Part shown: positions 1 to 9,916 of the stretch, one piece after another
Numbering within the stretch: position 1 is the first letter of the stretch
How the letters are laid out: every line of letters begins with the position of its first letter
NCBI GenBank assembly: GCA_965223545.1
Contig: OZ245006.1
Location: 3,936,001-4,000,000, forward strand
From: Planctomycetota bacterium
GTDB taxonomy: Bacteria; Planctomycetota; UBA1135; UBA2386
DNA: 64,000 nucleotides
Direction of reading: 5' to 3'
Translations under genes and position numbers: made by a program
Notes under the pieces: generated by a model
The model's database searches: none
Told to the model about the DNA's origin: nothing
What the model saw: only the letters and a program-made list of their open reading frames with translations

Positions 1-1
1 G

Positions 2-589
2 GAGCTGATGAAGGAGATCGCCGCGACGTATGACGCGGACTTCTGGGTCGAAGGCGATGTGTTCTACTTCGCCCGATTCGTTCCCAAGGAGTACACGGCA
101 CGCCTGACGTTGAAGTGGGGTGAGTCGTTGATCGACTTCTCACCGCAGGTCAGCACCGTGGGCGAGGTCTCCGGCGCCGCGATGAAATTCGTGTTGCGCG
201 AGATCCCGCTGAGCTTCTTGGTCAACGTGTTCTACGACTTCGACCGCGAGGCGGTCGGCATTCGCGTCGTGCCGGGTGAAGCAGCCGGCGCAACCAAGAT
301 CCTGGTCGGCCCGATGAACACGGCGATCGACCAGCCGATCGGGAGTCCAGCAGACATCACCAACAGTGCGTTGGTGCTGGCGCGCGAGCTGCGCAACTCA
401 CTCAACAACCGTCTGACCGGCACGGGGAGCGCCGTCGGTGACGTGCGCATTCGCGCCGGCGCCGTGATCGAGCTCGACGGCCTCGGTCCGAACTTCAGCG
501 GCAACTACCGCGTCAAGAGCGCAACGCACACCGTCGACTCCAATGGCTACCGCACCCGATTCGAAGTGCAGAAGGAGATCATTCCGTGA
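2..589 (+). CDS. Phage late control D / gp27-like spike hub protein (C-terminal part, 5' truncated)
   Basis: Frame is open to the window edge. Contains 'L.WGESLIDFSP' and C-terminal 'G..VGD..IRAG.VIELDGLG.NFSGNY.V.SATH..DSNGY.TRFEV', typical of gpD/Afp8-like hubs. Confidence 0.85.
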   Translation, partial: ELMKEIAATYDADFWVEGDVFYFARFVPKEYTARLTLKWGESLIDFSPQVSTVGEVSGAAMKFVLREIPLSFLVNVFYDFDREAVGIRVVPGEAAGATKILVGPMNTAIDQPIGSPADITNSALVLARELRNSLNNRLTGTGSAVGDVRIRAGAVIELDGLGPNFSGNYRVKSATHTVDSNGYRTRFEVQKEIIP

Positions 590-1248
590 TTGAACAAGCC
601 CTGGCCCGCGTCGAGAACTCGATCGAGGAAACCAAGAAGAAGCTGTACGGAGTGGTCACCGGACGAGTCATCAACGTCCTCGACCCGCTGGCGCTTGGCC
701 GAGTCCAAGTGCAGCTGCCCAACATCGACGCGCTGGACCTGGCGCCTTGGGCGAGAGTGGCAGTGCCGTTTGCCGGACCGGCGCACGGCCACTACTTCCT
801 GCCCAACATCAACGACCAAGTCCTGGTGGCGTTCGAGAACGGCGACACCAACGCACCCTACGTGATCGGCAGTCTGTGGACGACTATGGCGCCGCCGCCG
901 TTGCCGTCGCCACTCGCGCAGACTCGGATGATTCGCACACTGGCCGGCAACACCATCATGATGACCGAGGCGCCGCCGAGCATCGTGATTACGACGCCGA
1001 CCGGGCAGACCGTCACTCTGTCGCCCGCCGGCGTGCAGATCGTCTCGGGTGCCAACGCGGTCAACCTAGGCCCGAGTACGGGTCCGGCAACCGTGCAAGT
1101 GTTGTCCGGCTCCAACGCGATCAGCTTGTCCCCCGACGGAGTCACGGTGACTTCGGCGTCCACCCTCAAGCTGAGCGCCGCCGGCGCACTGACCATCACC
1201 GCAGGCGGCACGTGCTCGATCACCGCACCAATGGTCAAGATCAACTGA
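586..1248 (+). CDS. Baseplate assembly protein V / gp5-like spike (OB-fold + beta-helix)
   Basis: 'YGVVTGRV...DPLALGRVQV.LP', 'WARVA.PFAG..HG.YFLP..NDQVLVAFENGD...PYVIGSLW', followed by short beta repeats ending 'VKIN'. Confidence 0.92.
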   Translation: MIEQALARVENSIEETKKKLYGVVTGRVINVLDPLALGRVQVQLPNIDALDLAPWARVAVPFAGPAHGHYFLPNINDQVLVAFENGDTNAPYVIGSLWTTMAPPPLPSPLAQTRMIRTLAGNTIMMTEAPPSIVITTPTGQTVTLSPAGVQIVSGANAVNLGPSTGPATVQVLSGSNAISLSPDGVTVTSASTLKLSAAGALTITAGGTCSITAPMVKIN

Positions 1249-1255
1249 GGAACGG

Positions 1256-1537
1256 ATGCCGCCCGCAGCAAGACTCGGAGACCTGACCAACCATCCGGGC
1301 TCCGTCGCCGGCCCTGGCGCCGCCAACGTGCTGGTGCAGGGTGCTCCCGCCGCCGCCGTGGGAGATCTCCACAGCTGCGCGCTGCCACCGACGGCGGGAC
1401 CGCACCCGCCCTCCCCATTCGCCAAGGGAAGCGCGACCGTCTTGATCGGCGGCCGACCCGCGTTGCGGCTCGGCGACATGTCCGGTTGCGGCGCAGCGAT
1501 CGTCACCGGTGCACCCACCGTGTTGATCGGAGGTTGA
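1256..1537 (+). CDS. PAAR-repeat spike tip protein
   Basis: 'PAARLGD', 'PAAAVGDLHSC', 'GSATVLIGGRPALRLGD..GCGA.IVTGAPTVLIGG'. Confidence 0.96.
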   Translation: MPPAARLGDLTNHPGSVAGPGAANVLVQGAPAAAVGDLHSCALPPTAGPHPPSPFAKGSATVLIGGRPALRLGDMSGCGAAIVTGAPTVLIGG

Positions 1538-1538
1538 T

Positions 1539-1958
1539 GTGAGCTCTGCTCAGCGCAACGACGCCGCCGACTTCCTGGGCCGCGGTTGGGCATGGCCGAT
1601 CGCTCTCGACGACGACGCTCAATTGGCGACCGTCGCCTACGAGGACGACGTGCGAGAAGCGATCCGCATCATCCTGTCCACTGCGCACGGCGAGCGCGTG
1701 ATGCGCCCCGACTTCGGCAGCAATCTCTCACGACTCGTGTTCGAACCTGTGACCACCGAGACGTTGGCGCTGGCCAAGCACTACGTCGAAGAAGCGCTCG
1801 AACGTTGGGAGGCGCGCATCGACCAAGTCCGCGTGTCCGTGGAATGGAAGCCGACGCGCGGTGAGCTCAGCATCGAAGTGCGCTACCGCATTCGGGCCAC
1901 CAACACGTTTCACAACTTCGTCTATCCGTACTATCTCGTCGAAGGAGAGGCCCCGTGA
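1539..1958 (+). CDS. GPW/gp25-family baseplate wedge protein
   Basis: 'FLGRGWAWP', 'AIRIILST.HGERVMRPDFGS', 'WEARI', 'NFVYPYYL'. Confidence 0.95.
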   Translation: MSSAQRNDAADFLGRGWAWPIALDDDAQLATVAYEDDVREAIRIILSTAHGERVMRPDFGSNLSRLVFEPVTTETLALAKHYVEEALERWEARIDQVRVSVEWKPTRGELSIEVRYRIRATNTFHNFVYPYYLVEGEAP

Positions 1959-4900
1959 CGCAGCAAACGCCACCGCTCGACGGCCGGGATGCTACGTCTG
2001 TATTGAACACGGCAGTCAGCCTGGCCAGCGGACACGTGCCGGGGTGGTCGCCAACTGACGGCTCACTTGGCTGGGCGCTGCTCAACGCGCAAGCTCGCTT
2101 GGCCCACGTCATCGGCGGCCGCCTTGACCAAGTCCCGGATCGCGTCAAAGCGGCGTTCTACGATCAACTCGGACTGGCCCTGCTCGCTCCGCAGGCCGCC
2201 CGCGCGCCGGTTGCCTTCGAGCCGATGACCGGCACCGCGGATTCCCAAGTGAGCGGCGGTACACGCGTCGGTGCCACCGATCCGGAGCTGGACACACCGG
2301 TCGTGTTTGAAAGCGAGGCCGGTGCCGCCTTGGCGACGGCGCGGCTGGTAGAGGTCGTGTCTGCTTGGCCAGGGCGCGACGCGGTCAGTTTCCACTCGGC
2401 CGAAGCGATGCGCGGCGACCCCTTCACTCCGTTCTCCGGTCTGCAGCAGGTGGAGCACGCCTTGTACGTGGCGCACGCCGAACACTTTGCGCTGACAGGG
2501 GCAAGCACGGTGGCGGTCGAAATCGCGGTGGCGCAGCCTAGCGCCAAGTCGCTTCAGCTGGCCTGGCACTACTTCGACGGCGAGCGCTGGCGTTCTCTGT
2601 CGACCACCCACGACGGCACGAGCGGGCTCACGAAGAGCGGCACGGTCGAGCTGTCCGCGGATTGCGCCGTCAATGTCGAGACCCGAGTACACCGAACCGA
2701 CGGCCTGTGGATTCGGGCTGTCCTTGACGAACAGGTCTCCAGCTCCGGGGGTTGCGGGTTGCCGGAGCTAGCCGACATACGCCTCCGCACGGTGATCGAC
2801 CGAACCATCGACAGCTGTGACGCTCTCGCCGACGACGATCCAATCCAACCTGACGCGAGCTACGGCGGCGGCCAGAAGCTCGACCTGAGCAACGCCATCG
2901 AGCCCTTCGGTCCACGGCCAGCCCCAGGAAGTGTCTGGTACTTGCAGTGTGATGAGGCGCTGTTCCGCACGAACGCCGAAGTGAGCCTGTGCTTCACCAA
3001 AGTGGTGACGCCCGAAGAAGAGCTCGACGACGAAGCCGCACAGTTCGAGGAGCAGTTCACCGACATGACGGCCGCCTTGTTCGAGGCCGGTCTCGACGTC
3101 GCCCGCGCAATCGCGGCTGCGGGTGAGGCGCGGGCGGAACTGGCGACCTCGACAACCGAGGCCGACGCGCTGCGCGACGCCGTGGACACTCTCGAAGCGA
3201 CGGTTAGTGACGTCGCCGGACGAGCCGGCGCCACCGTGGACTTGGTCTGGCTCGACGAACTCGTCGGACCAGCGGAGGATGTTGTGACCACTGCGAACGC
3301 CACCGCCGTCGGGATGGTCGACCCATTTTCTCTGGGAATAGAGTTGGCGATCTTGTCGGCGCTACTCAGTGGCAACCTCAGCAGCGTGTTCTCCCTCGTG
3401 GCGACGCTCGAGTCCCACAACGACACTCGCGTCCAGGCCGCTGGGAGCGACAACCTCACCGGCGTTGCGCGCAGCATCGAAGCGTTGCGAGCCTTGGAGG
3501 AGGTCACGCCGATCGGCGCCACCGTCGGCGCAGGCGCAAAGCTCCCGACGCTGTCCGATCCAGAAGTCTCATGGGAATACTGGAATGGGCGCGGCTGGGT
3601 CGAGCTCGCCATAGAAGGCGCTCCCGATGCATTGAGTTTGCGCGACAGCGGCCCCATTCACTTCACCGTGCCCCGGAATCTGGCAATGACCGAGGTCGAG
3701 GGCAGCGAGGGGTACTGGATTCGCGCTCGGCTACGGCACGGTGGATACGGCACGGTTCGGATCGTCAGCTGGCGCGATGAACACTCGCAGAAGCAGAACA
3801 TCATGCCGATCGTCGAGCACCGACCACCGGTGCTCGAGCTCGTGCGATTCGGCTATCGCTGGACTTCACCGGACGCCTCGCCTCAGCACGCGCTGACTCA
3901 CAACGACTTCCGGTTCGACGATGTCACGGATGCCACAAGCGGACGGGGCGGGCAGTTCGCACCATTCACGGCGCCGCCTGACCGAACACCGACCCTGTAC
4001 CTCGGCTTCGACCGTGCGTTGCCCACCGACGCGATCGGGTTGTTCTTCGATGTCCAGGAAGTCCTTGGATTGGAAGCCGGTCCGGAGCTGATCTGGGAGG
4101 CGTACGGTGACGGCGAATGGCATGAACTGAGTGTCTCGGATGAGACCGGACACTTGGTGCTGCCCGGTTTGCTCAGCGTTGCGTATCCCGGCTTCCCGGC
4201 ACCCGTCTCCGCCGACGTCGTCAGCGCGGCCGAGGCCACGGTGACCGTGCAGACACTGGAGGGCGCCGCGCGATTCGCGTCTGGGGACGAGGTGTTCATC
4301 GCCGTGGGCGGCGAAGGCGAACTCGCCGTCGTCGATGCCGTCGACCAGTACGAGGTAAGACTCCGCGAACCGCTCACCGAGGATCACTCATCGGCGACCA
4401 TGGAGATCGCTGGGCTCGCTCGGTTCGGGACACCGCGCACCTGGCTTCGCGCACGGATGCGTGAAGATGGCGATCCCGCCGCGAGCCAGGTTGCCTCGAT
4501 CCGAACCAACGTCGTCTGGTGTGAACAGCGCGAAAGCGTTTCCGACGAGATCATGGGCTCCGGCAACGGCGAGGCGGATCAGGTGCTCTGGTTTCGCAAC
4601 GTGCCGGTTCTCGACGGCCAACAAGTCGAAGTGCGGGAACTGGAAGGCGCTCGCGCGGCAGTCGAAGAACCCATGTTGCGTGCCGAGCTGCTCGCCGAAG
4701 GCGTGTCCGAAGACCGCATTCGACTGGGCACGGACATTCGCACCGGCGACATCAATGCGGTTTGGGTCCGCTGGGAGGCGGTGGACAACCTACTGTTCGC
4801 CGGCTCGCGAGACCGAGTCTATACGCTCGAACGGTCGACCGGACGAGTGCTGTTCGGCGACGGCGAACACGGCGCCATCCCGACCGCTGGCAGTGACAAC

Positions 4901-5665
4901 ATCATGGCGCGCAGCTACCGGCATGGTGGCGGGGAGACCGGCAACTTCGACGTCGGCGAGGTCAACGAACTCTTGGCAGGTGTGCTGGCGCAGGGAGTAG
5001 ACAACGTGCGCGCCGCGGACGGCGGCTCCGGCGGTGGCACGTTCGCCGACATTGTCGAGCGCGGCGGACATACGATCCGCCATCGGCGACAGGCGCTGAC
5101 GGCGCAGGACTACGAGGACCTTGCGCGGGAAGCATCACCCGCCGTAGCTGTCGCACGGGCTCTGCCGACGCGCCGTGCCGACGGAACGATGGCAGCCGGC
5201 GCTGTGACGGTACAGATCGTCCCGTTCAGCAAGGACTCGCAACCGCAAGCGTCCTTCGCCCTGCGGCAAATGGTGCAAGAGTACGTCCGTCGGCGAGCAC
5301 CCGCGGCAGTTGCCCACGGTGTTGCCGTTGTGCCTGCGACCTACTTGCCGGTGGGAGTCCGCGTCTCGGTGCAACCCAGGAGCTTGTCTCGCGCCGGCGA
5401 GGTCGTCACCTTGGTGAGCGAAGAAGTCCATCGGTTCCTGCACCCACTACTCGGTGGTGCGGACGGGCTTGGTTGGCGCTTCGGCGAGGATGTCTGCCTC
5501 TCCGACCTCGCGGCACTCCTCGAGAACATCGACGGTGTCGACTTCATCGACTCGCTGCAGGTGTCACGCAACGGCGCCGCGGCCGGCGAAGTGCTCGCCG
5601 TACCCGAGGACCGACTCGTGGTAGCCGGCACGGTCAACGTCTCGCTGAGCGGAGGAGGTTCGTAG
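1955..5665 (+). CDS. Baseplate J/gp47-like protein (Afp11/12-like, 1236 aa) with large insertions
   Basis: N-terminal 'PPLDGRD...PGW...D...RLDQVPD'; internal 'DETGHL', 'G.GNG..DQ', 'VLFGDG.HG.IP'; C-terminal 'ALT.QDYEDLA', 'FLHPL.GG.DG.GW.FGEDV'. Confidence 0.9.
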   Translation: MTQQTPPLDGRDATSVLNTAVSLASGHVPGWSPTDGSLGWALLNAQARLAHVIGGRLDQVPDRVKAAFYDQLGLALLAPQAARAPVAFEPMTGTADSQVSGGTRVGATDPELDTPVVFESEAGAALATARLVEVVSAWPGRDAVSFHSAEAMRGDPFTPFSGLQQVEHALYVAHAEHFALTGASTVAVEIAVAQPSAKSLQLAWHYFDGERWRSLSTTHDGTSGLTKSGTVELSADCAVNVETRVHRTDGLWIRAVLDEQVSSSGGCGLPELADIRLRTVIDRTIDSCDALADDDPIQPDASYGGGQKLDLSNAIEPFGPRPAPGSVWYLQCDEALFRTNAEVSLCFTKVVTPEEELDDEAAQFEEQFTDMTAALFEAGLDVARAIAAAGEARAELATSTTEADALRDAVDTLEATVSDVAGRAGATVDLVWLDELVGPAEDVVTTANATAVGMVDPFSLGIELAILSALLSGNLSSVFSLVATLESHNDTRVQAAGSDNLTGVARSIEALRALEEVTPIGATVGAGAKLPTLSDPEVSWEYWNGRGWVELAIEGAPDALSLRDSGPIHFTVPRNLAMTEVEGSEGYWIRARLRHGGYGTVRIVSWRDEHSQKQNIMPIVEHRPPVLELVRFGYRWTSPDASPQHALTHNDFRFDDVTDATSGRGGQFAPFTAPPDRTPTLYLGFDRALPTDAIGLFFDVQEVLGLEAGPELIWEAYGDGEWHELSVSDETGHLVLPGLLSVAYPGFPAPVSADVVSAAEATVTVQTLEGAARFASGDEVFIAVGGEGELAVVDAVDQYEVRLREPLTEDHSSATMEIAGLARFGTPRTWLRARMREDGDPAASQVASIRTNVVWCEQRESVSDEIMGSGNGEADQVLWFRNVPVLDGQQVEVRELEGARAAVEEPMLRAELLAEGVSEDRIRLGTDIRTGDINAVWVRWEAVDNLLFAGSRDRVYTLERSTGRVLFGDGEHGAIPTAGSDNIMARSYRHGGGETGNFDVGEVNELLAGVLAQGVDNVRAADGGSGGGTFADIVERGGHTIRHRRQALTAQDYEDLAREASPAVAVARALPTRRADGTMAAGAVTVQIVPFSKDSQPQASFALRQMVQEYVRRRAPAAVAHGVAVVPATYLPVGVRVSVQPRSLSRAGEVVTLVSEEVHRFLHPLLGGADGLGWRFGEDVCLSDLAALLENIDGVDFIDSLQVSRNGAAAGEVLAVPEDRLVVAGTVNVSLSGGGS

Positions 5666-8052
5666 TGCCGATCCCGCTCCCAAACCTGGACGACCGCAGG
5701 TGGGATGACCTCGTCGCCGAGGGACGGTCCGTTCTGACGCGGCATGCTCCCGGTTGGACCGACCACAACGCGCACGATCCTGGAATCACCTTTCTGGAGC
5801 TCGCGGCCTATCACTACGAGCGGCTTTCCTATCGTTGCAATCGCATCAGCGATCGGTTGCGCCGCAAGTTCCTGGCGTTGACCGGTCACGATCCGCGCGG
5901 TGCCCTGCCGGCGCGTGCGGTCATGTCCGTCGAGTTGCGCGCCGGAGCCGGGCCACTCGAGCTACCTGCCGGCGTCGAGTTCACTGCGGCCAGCTCTACA
6001 GCTCGTTCGTTCAACTTCAGCACGAGGCACACGAGAGTCCTTCACGACAACGCATTGCTCGCGTTGATCGGCTGGGACGGTTCGGCTGCCGTCGACCACC
6101 TACAATCGGCGCGGGATGGCCTGGCCTTTGCACCGTTCGGCAGCGACCCCGACGCATCCGCGACGACAGGCGCGGGGCCAGCACTGCTGCTCGGCTTCGC
6201 CGGCCCGCTTTCGGACGAGAAGGAGACCACGCTACATCTGGAGATCGTCGACGGCACCGTAGCCGAGCGCGAGCGGCTTCTTGCCGAAGCCACACGCCGG
6301 GTCTGTCCCGCGCCACCGGATTGCTCGGCGGGCCGCGCGAGCGTCGAACAGGCACTACCGGTGAGCGTGCACTCCCCGGCCGCGTTGCTAGCCGGGTGGA
6401 GGCATCACTCTGCGACGATCCTGTGGGAGTACTACGGCAACGAGGGCTGGCAAGAGCTGTCGCCCGAGAACGGGCAGGTACGCGACGAAACCAGGGCCCT
6501 CACTCTCAGTGGGCGCGTCGTGGTGCAACTGCCGGTCCCCACCGCACCAGCAACCTCGGTGATGCAGCCCGTCGCACTGCACGGCACCGAACCGGTCTAC
6601 TGGCTGCGCGCCCGCCTGGTGGAGGGGCAATACGATGCGCCGCCTCGGCTGCGGCGCGTGCTGTTCAACGCCGTCGACCTCGAACAGGCCGCGGTCGCGT
6701 GGCAGGACCTCGTGATCGCCAAAGGCGTTTCGCCGGCAGCGGACCCGGTGGTCGGCCAACTGCAAACACTCTGGCTGCAATTCGACTCCACCGGTTCGGT
6801 GGTCGGCATCGAGGTCGGTGGCACCCGCGGCGCCGAGCTGTTGGTTCTCGATTACACGCCGCCGACCCCGACAGAGCAGGGCTCGATTCGTCTTCCCTTG
6901 CTGGCATTGGGAGCGGGCGAGGCGCTCCCTGACCAGACCTTCCAGCTGTTGTCGTCCAGCGAGGCCACGGCAGGAGCCCTTGTCGTGCCGTCGAGCACGC
7001 GGGCGTGGGTGACGGACGCGACATCGTGGCGCGCCGTGCGGCCGGTCGTGGACCTCGACGCATCAGGGCCACTCGACCTCGAGGCCGTCGTCGATGCCGA
7101 GGTCGGCGAGCTTCACTTCGGCGATGGGGAGCACGGGGTCACCCCGGCCGCGGAGGATTTCGTGCTGGCCGCTTTCCAGTCGACGTTCGGCGCTGCCGGC
7201 AACGTCAGGGGCAGCGCCACTTGGTCACTCTCGACATCATCCGCCGTCAATGCGGCCCTGCTCGGCGACCCTGAGTCGTTCGCCCAGGATCTTGCCGGTG
7301 TCGCTGCGCCGATCGGTGCAGCCGGCGGCGCGCCGCCCGAGTCCGTCGGCGACGCCGCCCGGCGCGCAGCACGGACACTCTGGGCTCACGAGCGCATCGC
7401 TGAGCTCTGCTCGGGAGAGGTGGCGTCGCTCGACGGCCTCGACCGCGCAACGGTGATCGCGCGTGAGGAGCCGGTACGAGCGGTCACCCTTTGCGACTAC
7501 GAACGCATTGCTCTCACGGTGCCGGGGACGCGGATCGAACGAGCCCGTGCTTGGGCAGGCCTCGACCCGGCCCTACCGTGCCTCACGGCCAGCGGCACGG
7601 TGACGGTTGTTGTCGTGCCGCGACTGCCTCGCCGGCGGCCGATGCCGAGTCGGGCGTTGCTCGAGGAAGTGCGCCGCTACCTCGACCAGCGTCGAACCAT
7701 CGGCACTCGTTTGATCGTGGCTCCACCGACCTACGTCGAGGTCGCCGTCCGCGCGACCCTGGTCGCGGTGCGGGGCAGCGACCCCGAGCGTGTGCGCGCG
7801 TCTGCCGAACGAGCTCTCGCGTCGTTCTTCGACCCACTTCGAGGCGGGCCGTTCGGTCGTGGGTGGCCGTTCGGTCGCAACATCTATTTCGCCGAGGTCA
7901 TGGCCGAGCTGGATCGTGCAACCGGCGTCGCGCACGTGCGCTCGCTGCAGCTGGTGCAGGCCGACGGCACTGCACTGTGCGGCAACTTGTGCGTCGCCGC
8001 CAACGCGCTCGTCGCCCTCAGCGCAACCGAGCTCGAGGTAGCGGAAACATGA
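5665..8052 (+). CDS. Second baseplate J/gp47-like protein (Afp11-like)
   Basis: GTG start at 5665 after GGAGG. Begins 'PIPLPNLDDRRWDDLV...PGWTDHNAHDPGITFLEL'; contains 'RAVTLCDYE' and 'FFDPL.GGP.GRGWPFGR'. Confidence 0.93.
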   Translation: MPIPLPNLDDRRWDDLVAEGRSVLTRHAPGWTDHNAHDPGITFLELAAYHYERLSYRCNRISDRLRRKFLALTGHDPRGALPARAVMSVELRAGAGPLELPAGVEFTAASSTARSFNFSTRHTRVLHDNALLALIGWDGSAAVDHLQSARDGLAFAPFGSDPDASATTGAGPALLLGFAGPLSDEKETTLHLEIVDGTVAERERLLAEATRRVCPAPPDCSAGRASVEQALPVSVHSPAALLAGWRHHSATILWEYYGNEGWQELSPENGQVRDETRALTLSGRVVVQLPVPTAPATSVMQPVALHGTEPVYWLRARLVEGQYDAPPRLRRVLFNAVDLEQAAVAWQDLVIAKGVSPAADPVVGQLQTLWLQFDSTGSVVGIEVGGTRGAELLVLDYTPPTPTEQGSIRLPLLALGAGEALPDQTFQLLSSSEATAGALVVPSSTRAWVTDATSWRAVRPVVDLDASGPLDLEAVVDAEVGELHFGDGEHGVTPAAEDFVLAAFQSTFGAAGNVRGSATWSLSTSSAVNAALLGDPESFAQDLAGVAAPIGAAGGAPPESVGDAARRAARTLWAHERIAELCSGEVASLDGLDRATVIAREEPVRAVTLCDYERIALTVPGTRIERARAWAGLDPALPCLTASGTVTVVVVPRLPRRRPMPSRALLEEVRRYLDQRRTIGTRLIVAPPTYVEVAVRATLVAVRGSDPERVRASAERALASFFDPLRGGPFGRGWPFGRNIYFAEVMAELDRATGVAHVRSLQLVQADGTALCGNLCVAANALVALSATELEVAET

Positions 8053-8966
8053 CGTACTCACCGGGCCTGGCGCAGCGAACCGAGTTCCGGGGAGGCACCA
8101 GGCTACTCCGTACCGACCTGGCCCGAGCTGATTCCCGAGAACGCGCCGTCATCGGCAGACACATCGTGCACGGCCACGGCACTTGGGGCGTAGCGCTGGG
8201 GTTGCGGATGCTGCTCAGCGACGACCGCAGCGCGGTTCTCGTCACCCCTGGGTTGGCGTTCTCGTGCGACGGAACCGCGCTGGTCGAACCAGTGACTCGG
8301 GTCCTGCAGCTGCCCGCGACACCGGGGCGGTTCTTCCTGCAGATCGGAGTCGGCCGGAGAGTCGCTCCGATCGCTTGCCCGCCGGCCGCCTCGCCCGACT
8401 CTGCGCCGCCCGCCGTATCCTATTGCTGGGTAGAGTTACAGCGGGTTAGCGTGCGACCGCGCCAAGTCGTGCTCGGCGCGGCACGCGTCACCAACGGGCT
8501 CGGTACCCTCGAGCCGGGGCTCCGCGATCACACCCGTCGTCTCGAGCCGCCGCGGCTGGCAACGGCCGAGGAGTCCGTCGGTTGGAGCTTGTCGGGTTCG
8601 GCGTACCTCGCAACCGTCGATCTGAGCAACCACCGGTTCGGCGCAGCACCCCTGTGCTTCGCTCAGCTCGGCGCGGACGCTGCTCTGCCCGGTGACCTGG
8701 TCGGCCCTTTCCTGTCGATCGGCGACCGATCGGCAACAGAGTTCGACGTCGAAGCTCGCTTCGCGTCACCGACCGACGCGTTTGCACCGTTCAGCGGCGA
8801 CGTCGAGGAGTGGCTCGCATCGGCGACGCTGCACTGGACCGCCGTCGAGGTCACGGCCGGCGACCTCGAGCCACCGATCGACCGAGATCGCATCTACGCC
8901 CTGTCTGGCGCTCGGGTCACCGATCTCCAGCGCTGGACAAAAGCACTGCGAGCGATGGAACCATGA
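8049..8966 (+). CDS. eCIS accessory protein, paralogue 1 (degenerate shared N-terminal domain + lectin-like C-terminal beta domain)
   Basis: ATGA overlap with the upstream gene. 'RTEFRGG..LLRTDL...HG.WGVALGL...VTPGLAF...G'. C-terminal 'VDLS...F...P.CFAQL...HWTAVE' is shared with the next gene. Confidence 0.75.
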   Translation: MTYSPGLAQRTEFRGGTRLLRTDLARADSRERAVIGRHIVHGHGTWGVALGLRMLLSDDRSAVLVTPGLAFSCDGTALVEPVTRVLQLPATPGRFFLQIGVGRRVAPIACPPAASPDSAPPAVSYCWVELQRVSVRPRQVVLGAARVTNGLGTLEPGLRDHTRRLEPPRLATAEESVGWSLSGSAYLATVDLSNHRFGAAPLCFAQLGADAALPGDLVGPFLSIGDRSATEFDVEARFASPTDAFAPFSGDVEEWLASATLHWTAVEVTAGDLEPPIDRDRIYALSGARVTDLQRWTKALRAMEP

Positions 8967-9916
8967 GCCAATTCGAGATTCCGGAGCTGGAGCGAGCGCA
9001 GTTCTTCGACGGTCAGCTGCTCACAGCAGCAGATCTTGAGGCCGGGTTGCAGCGCCTACGCGACTTGCGTTGGCTGCACAACCGCGCCACGCACGGCTGG
9101 GGCATCGCGGTCGGCTTCGCCGCCGAGGGCACTGCCGGCGGCAACGTAGTGACTGTCGGCGCCGGCTACGCGATCGACATTTCCGGCCGCGAGATCGTGG
9201 CGCTGCAGGAAACGGTCCTAGAAGTGCCACCGATCGCGGGCACTGCCACCGGTGAACCGCGGGAGCTGTACCTCACGGCTTCCTACCTCGAGGATGACGA
9301 GCTGGAGACTGTCACCAAACGGCTCGGAGTCTGCGGAGCAAGCGGGGCAGTGCGGAGGCTCGAGCAGCCCCTGCTGCGCTTCCAAGACCCCACCGACAAG
9401 ACCTCGGCAGAGCGCTACCGCGAAGGGCAAGACATCGTCCTGGCAACGGTCGAAGTGCTCGAATGCGTTCTCTTCGATGCCCCAGCAACCGTGTTGCGGC
9501 GCCAACTTCACCGGCGCAGCACCGCCTATGCCGCGGCTGGCACGACCCGCGCAGGGGCCACCGAGTGGACCTGGTGGCCGACCACCGGCGACCCCGCCGC
9601 CGTGCAGACCGTCGTCGACACCTCCGCTGCCGGATTCGGTCGGATACCGGTGTACTCAGCCAACGTCGTCGGCGATCGGATCGTGGCGAGATCCAGCTTC
9701 GGAATCTTCGAGATCCAGCACCTCCTGGATGGCCAGGTCGTGATCGCCGACCCGACAGCGCAGCAGTTCGTCCTGCGAATGCTGCTTCCGCGCAACCTGC
9801 AGCTCGGCGTGCTGCGCGACCTGAACGCCGATGCGCGGTTCTCGACGGCGACACTCTCGGCGCTGCGCGCCGATGCACGCTGGTACGTGAGCTGGATGGG
9901 AGTGGAGGCGCCGTGA
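8963..9916 (+). CDS. eCIS accessory / putative tail-fibre protein, paralogue 2
   Basis: ATGA overlap. 'LER.QFFDGQLLTAADL...RWLHNR.THGWGIAVG...GYAIDISGREI'; C-terminal 'VDTSAAGF...PVYSA...VSWMGVE'. Confidence 0.8.
   Translation: MSQFEIPELERAQFFDGQLLTAADLEAGLQRLRDLRWLHNRATHGWGIAVGFAAEGTAGGNVVTVGAGYAIDISGREIVALQETVLEVPPIAGTATGEPRELYLTASYLEDDELETVTKRLGVCGASGAVRRLEQPLLRFQDPTDKTSAERYREGQDIVLATVEVLECVLFDAPATVLRRQLHRRSTAYAAAGTTRAGATEWTWWPTTGDPAAVQTVVDTSAAGFGRIPVYSANVVGDRIVARSSFGIFEIQHLLDGQVVIADPTAQQFVLRMLLPRNLQLGVLRDLNADARFSTATLSALRADARWYVSWMGVEAP

Noticed and set aside
5473..9912. Long N-terminal extensions in the ORF track (starts at 5473, 7491, 8810, 9463)
   Set aside because: They overlap upstream genes. 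The family N-termini and ATGA/GTGA coupling point to starts at 5665, 8049, 8963 and 9913.
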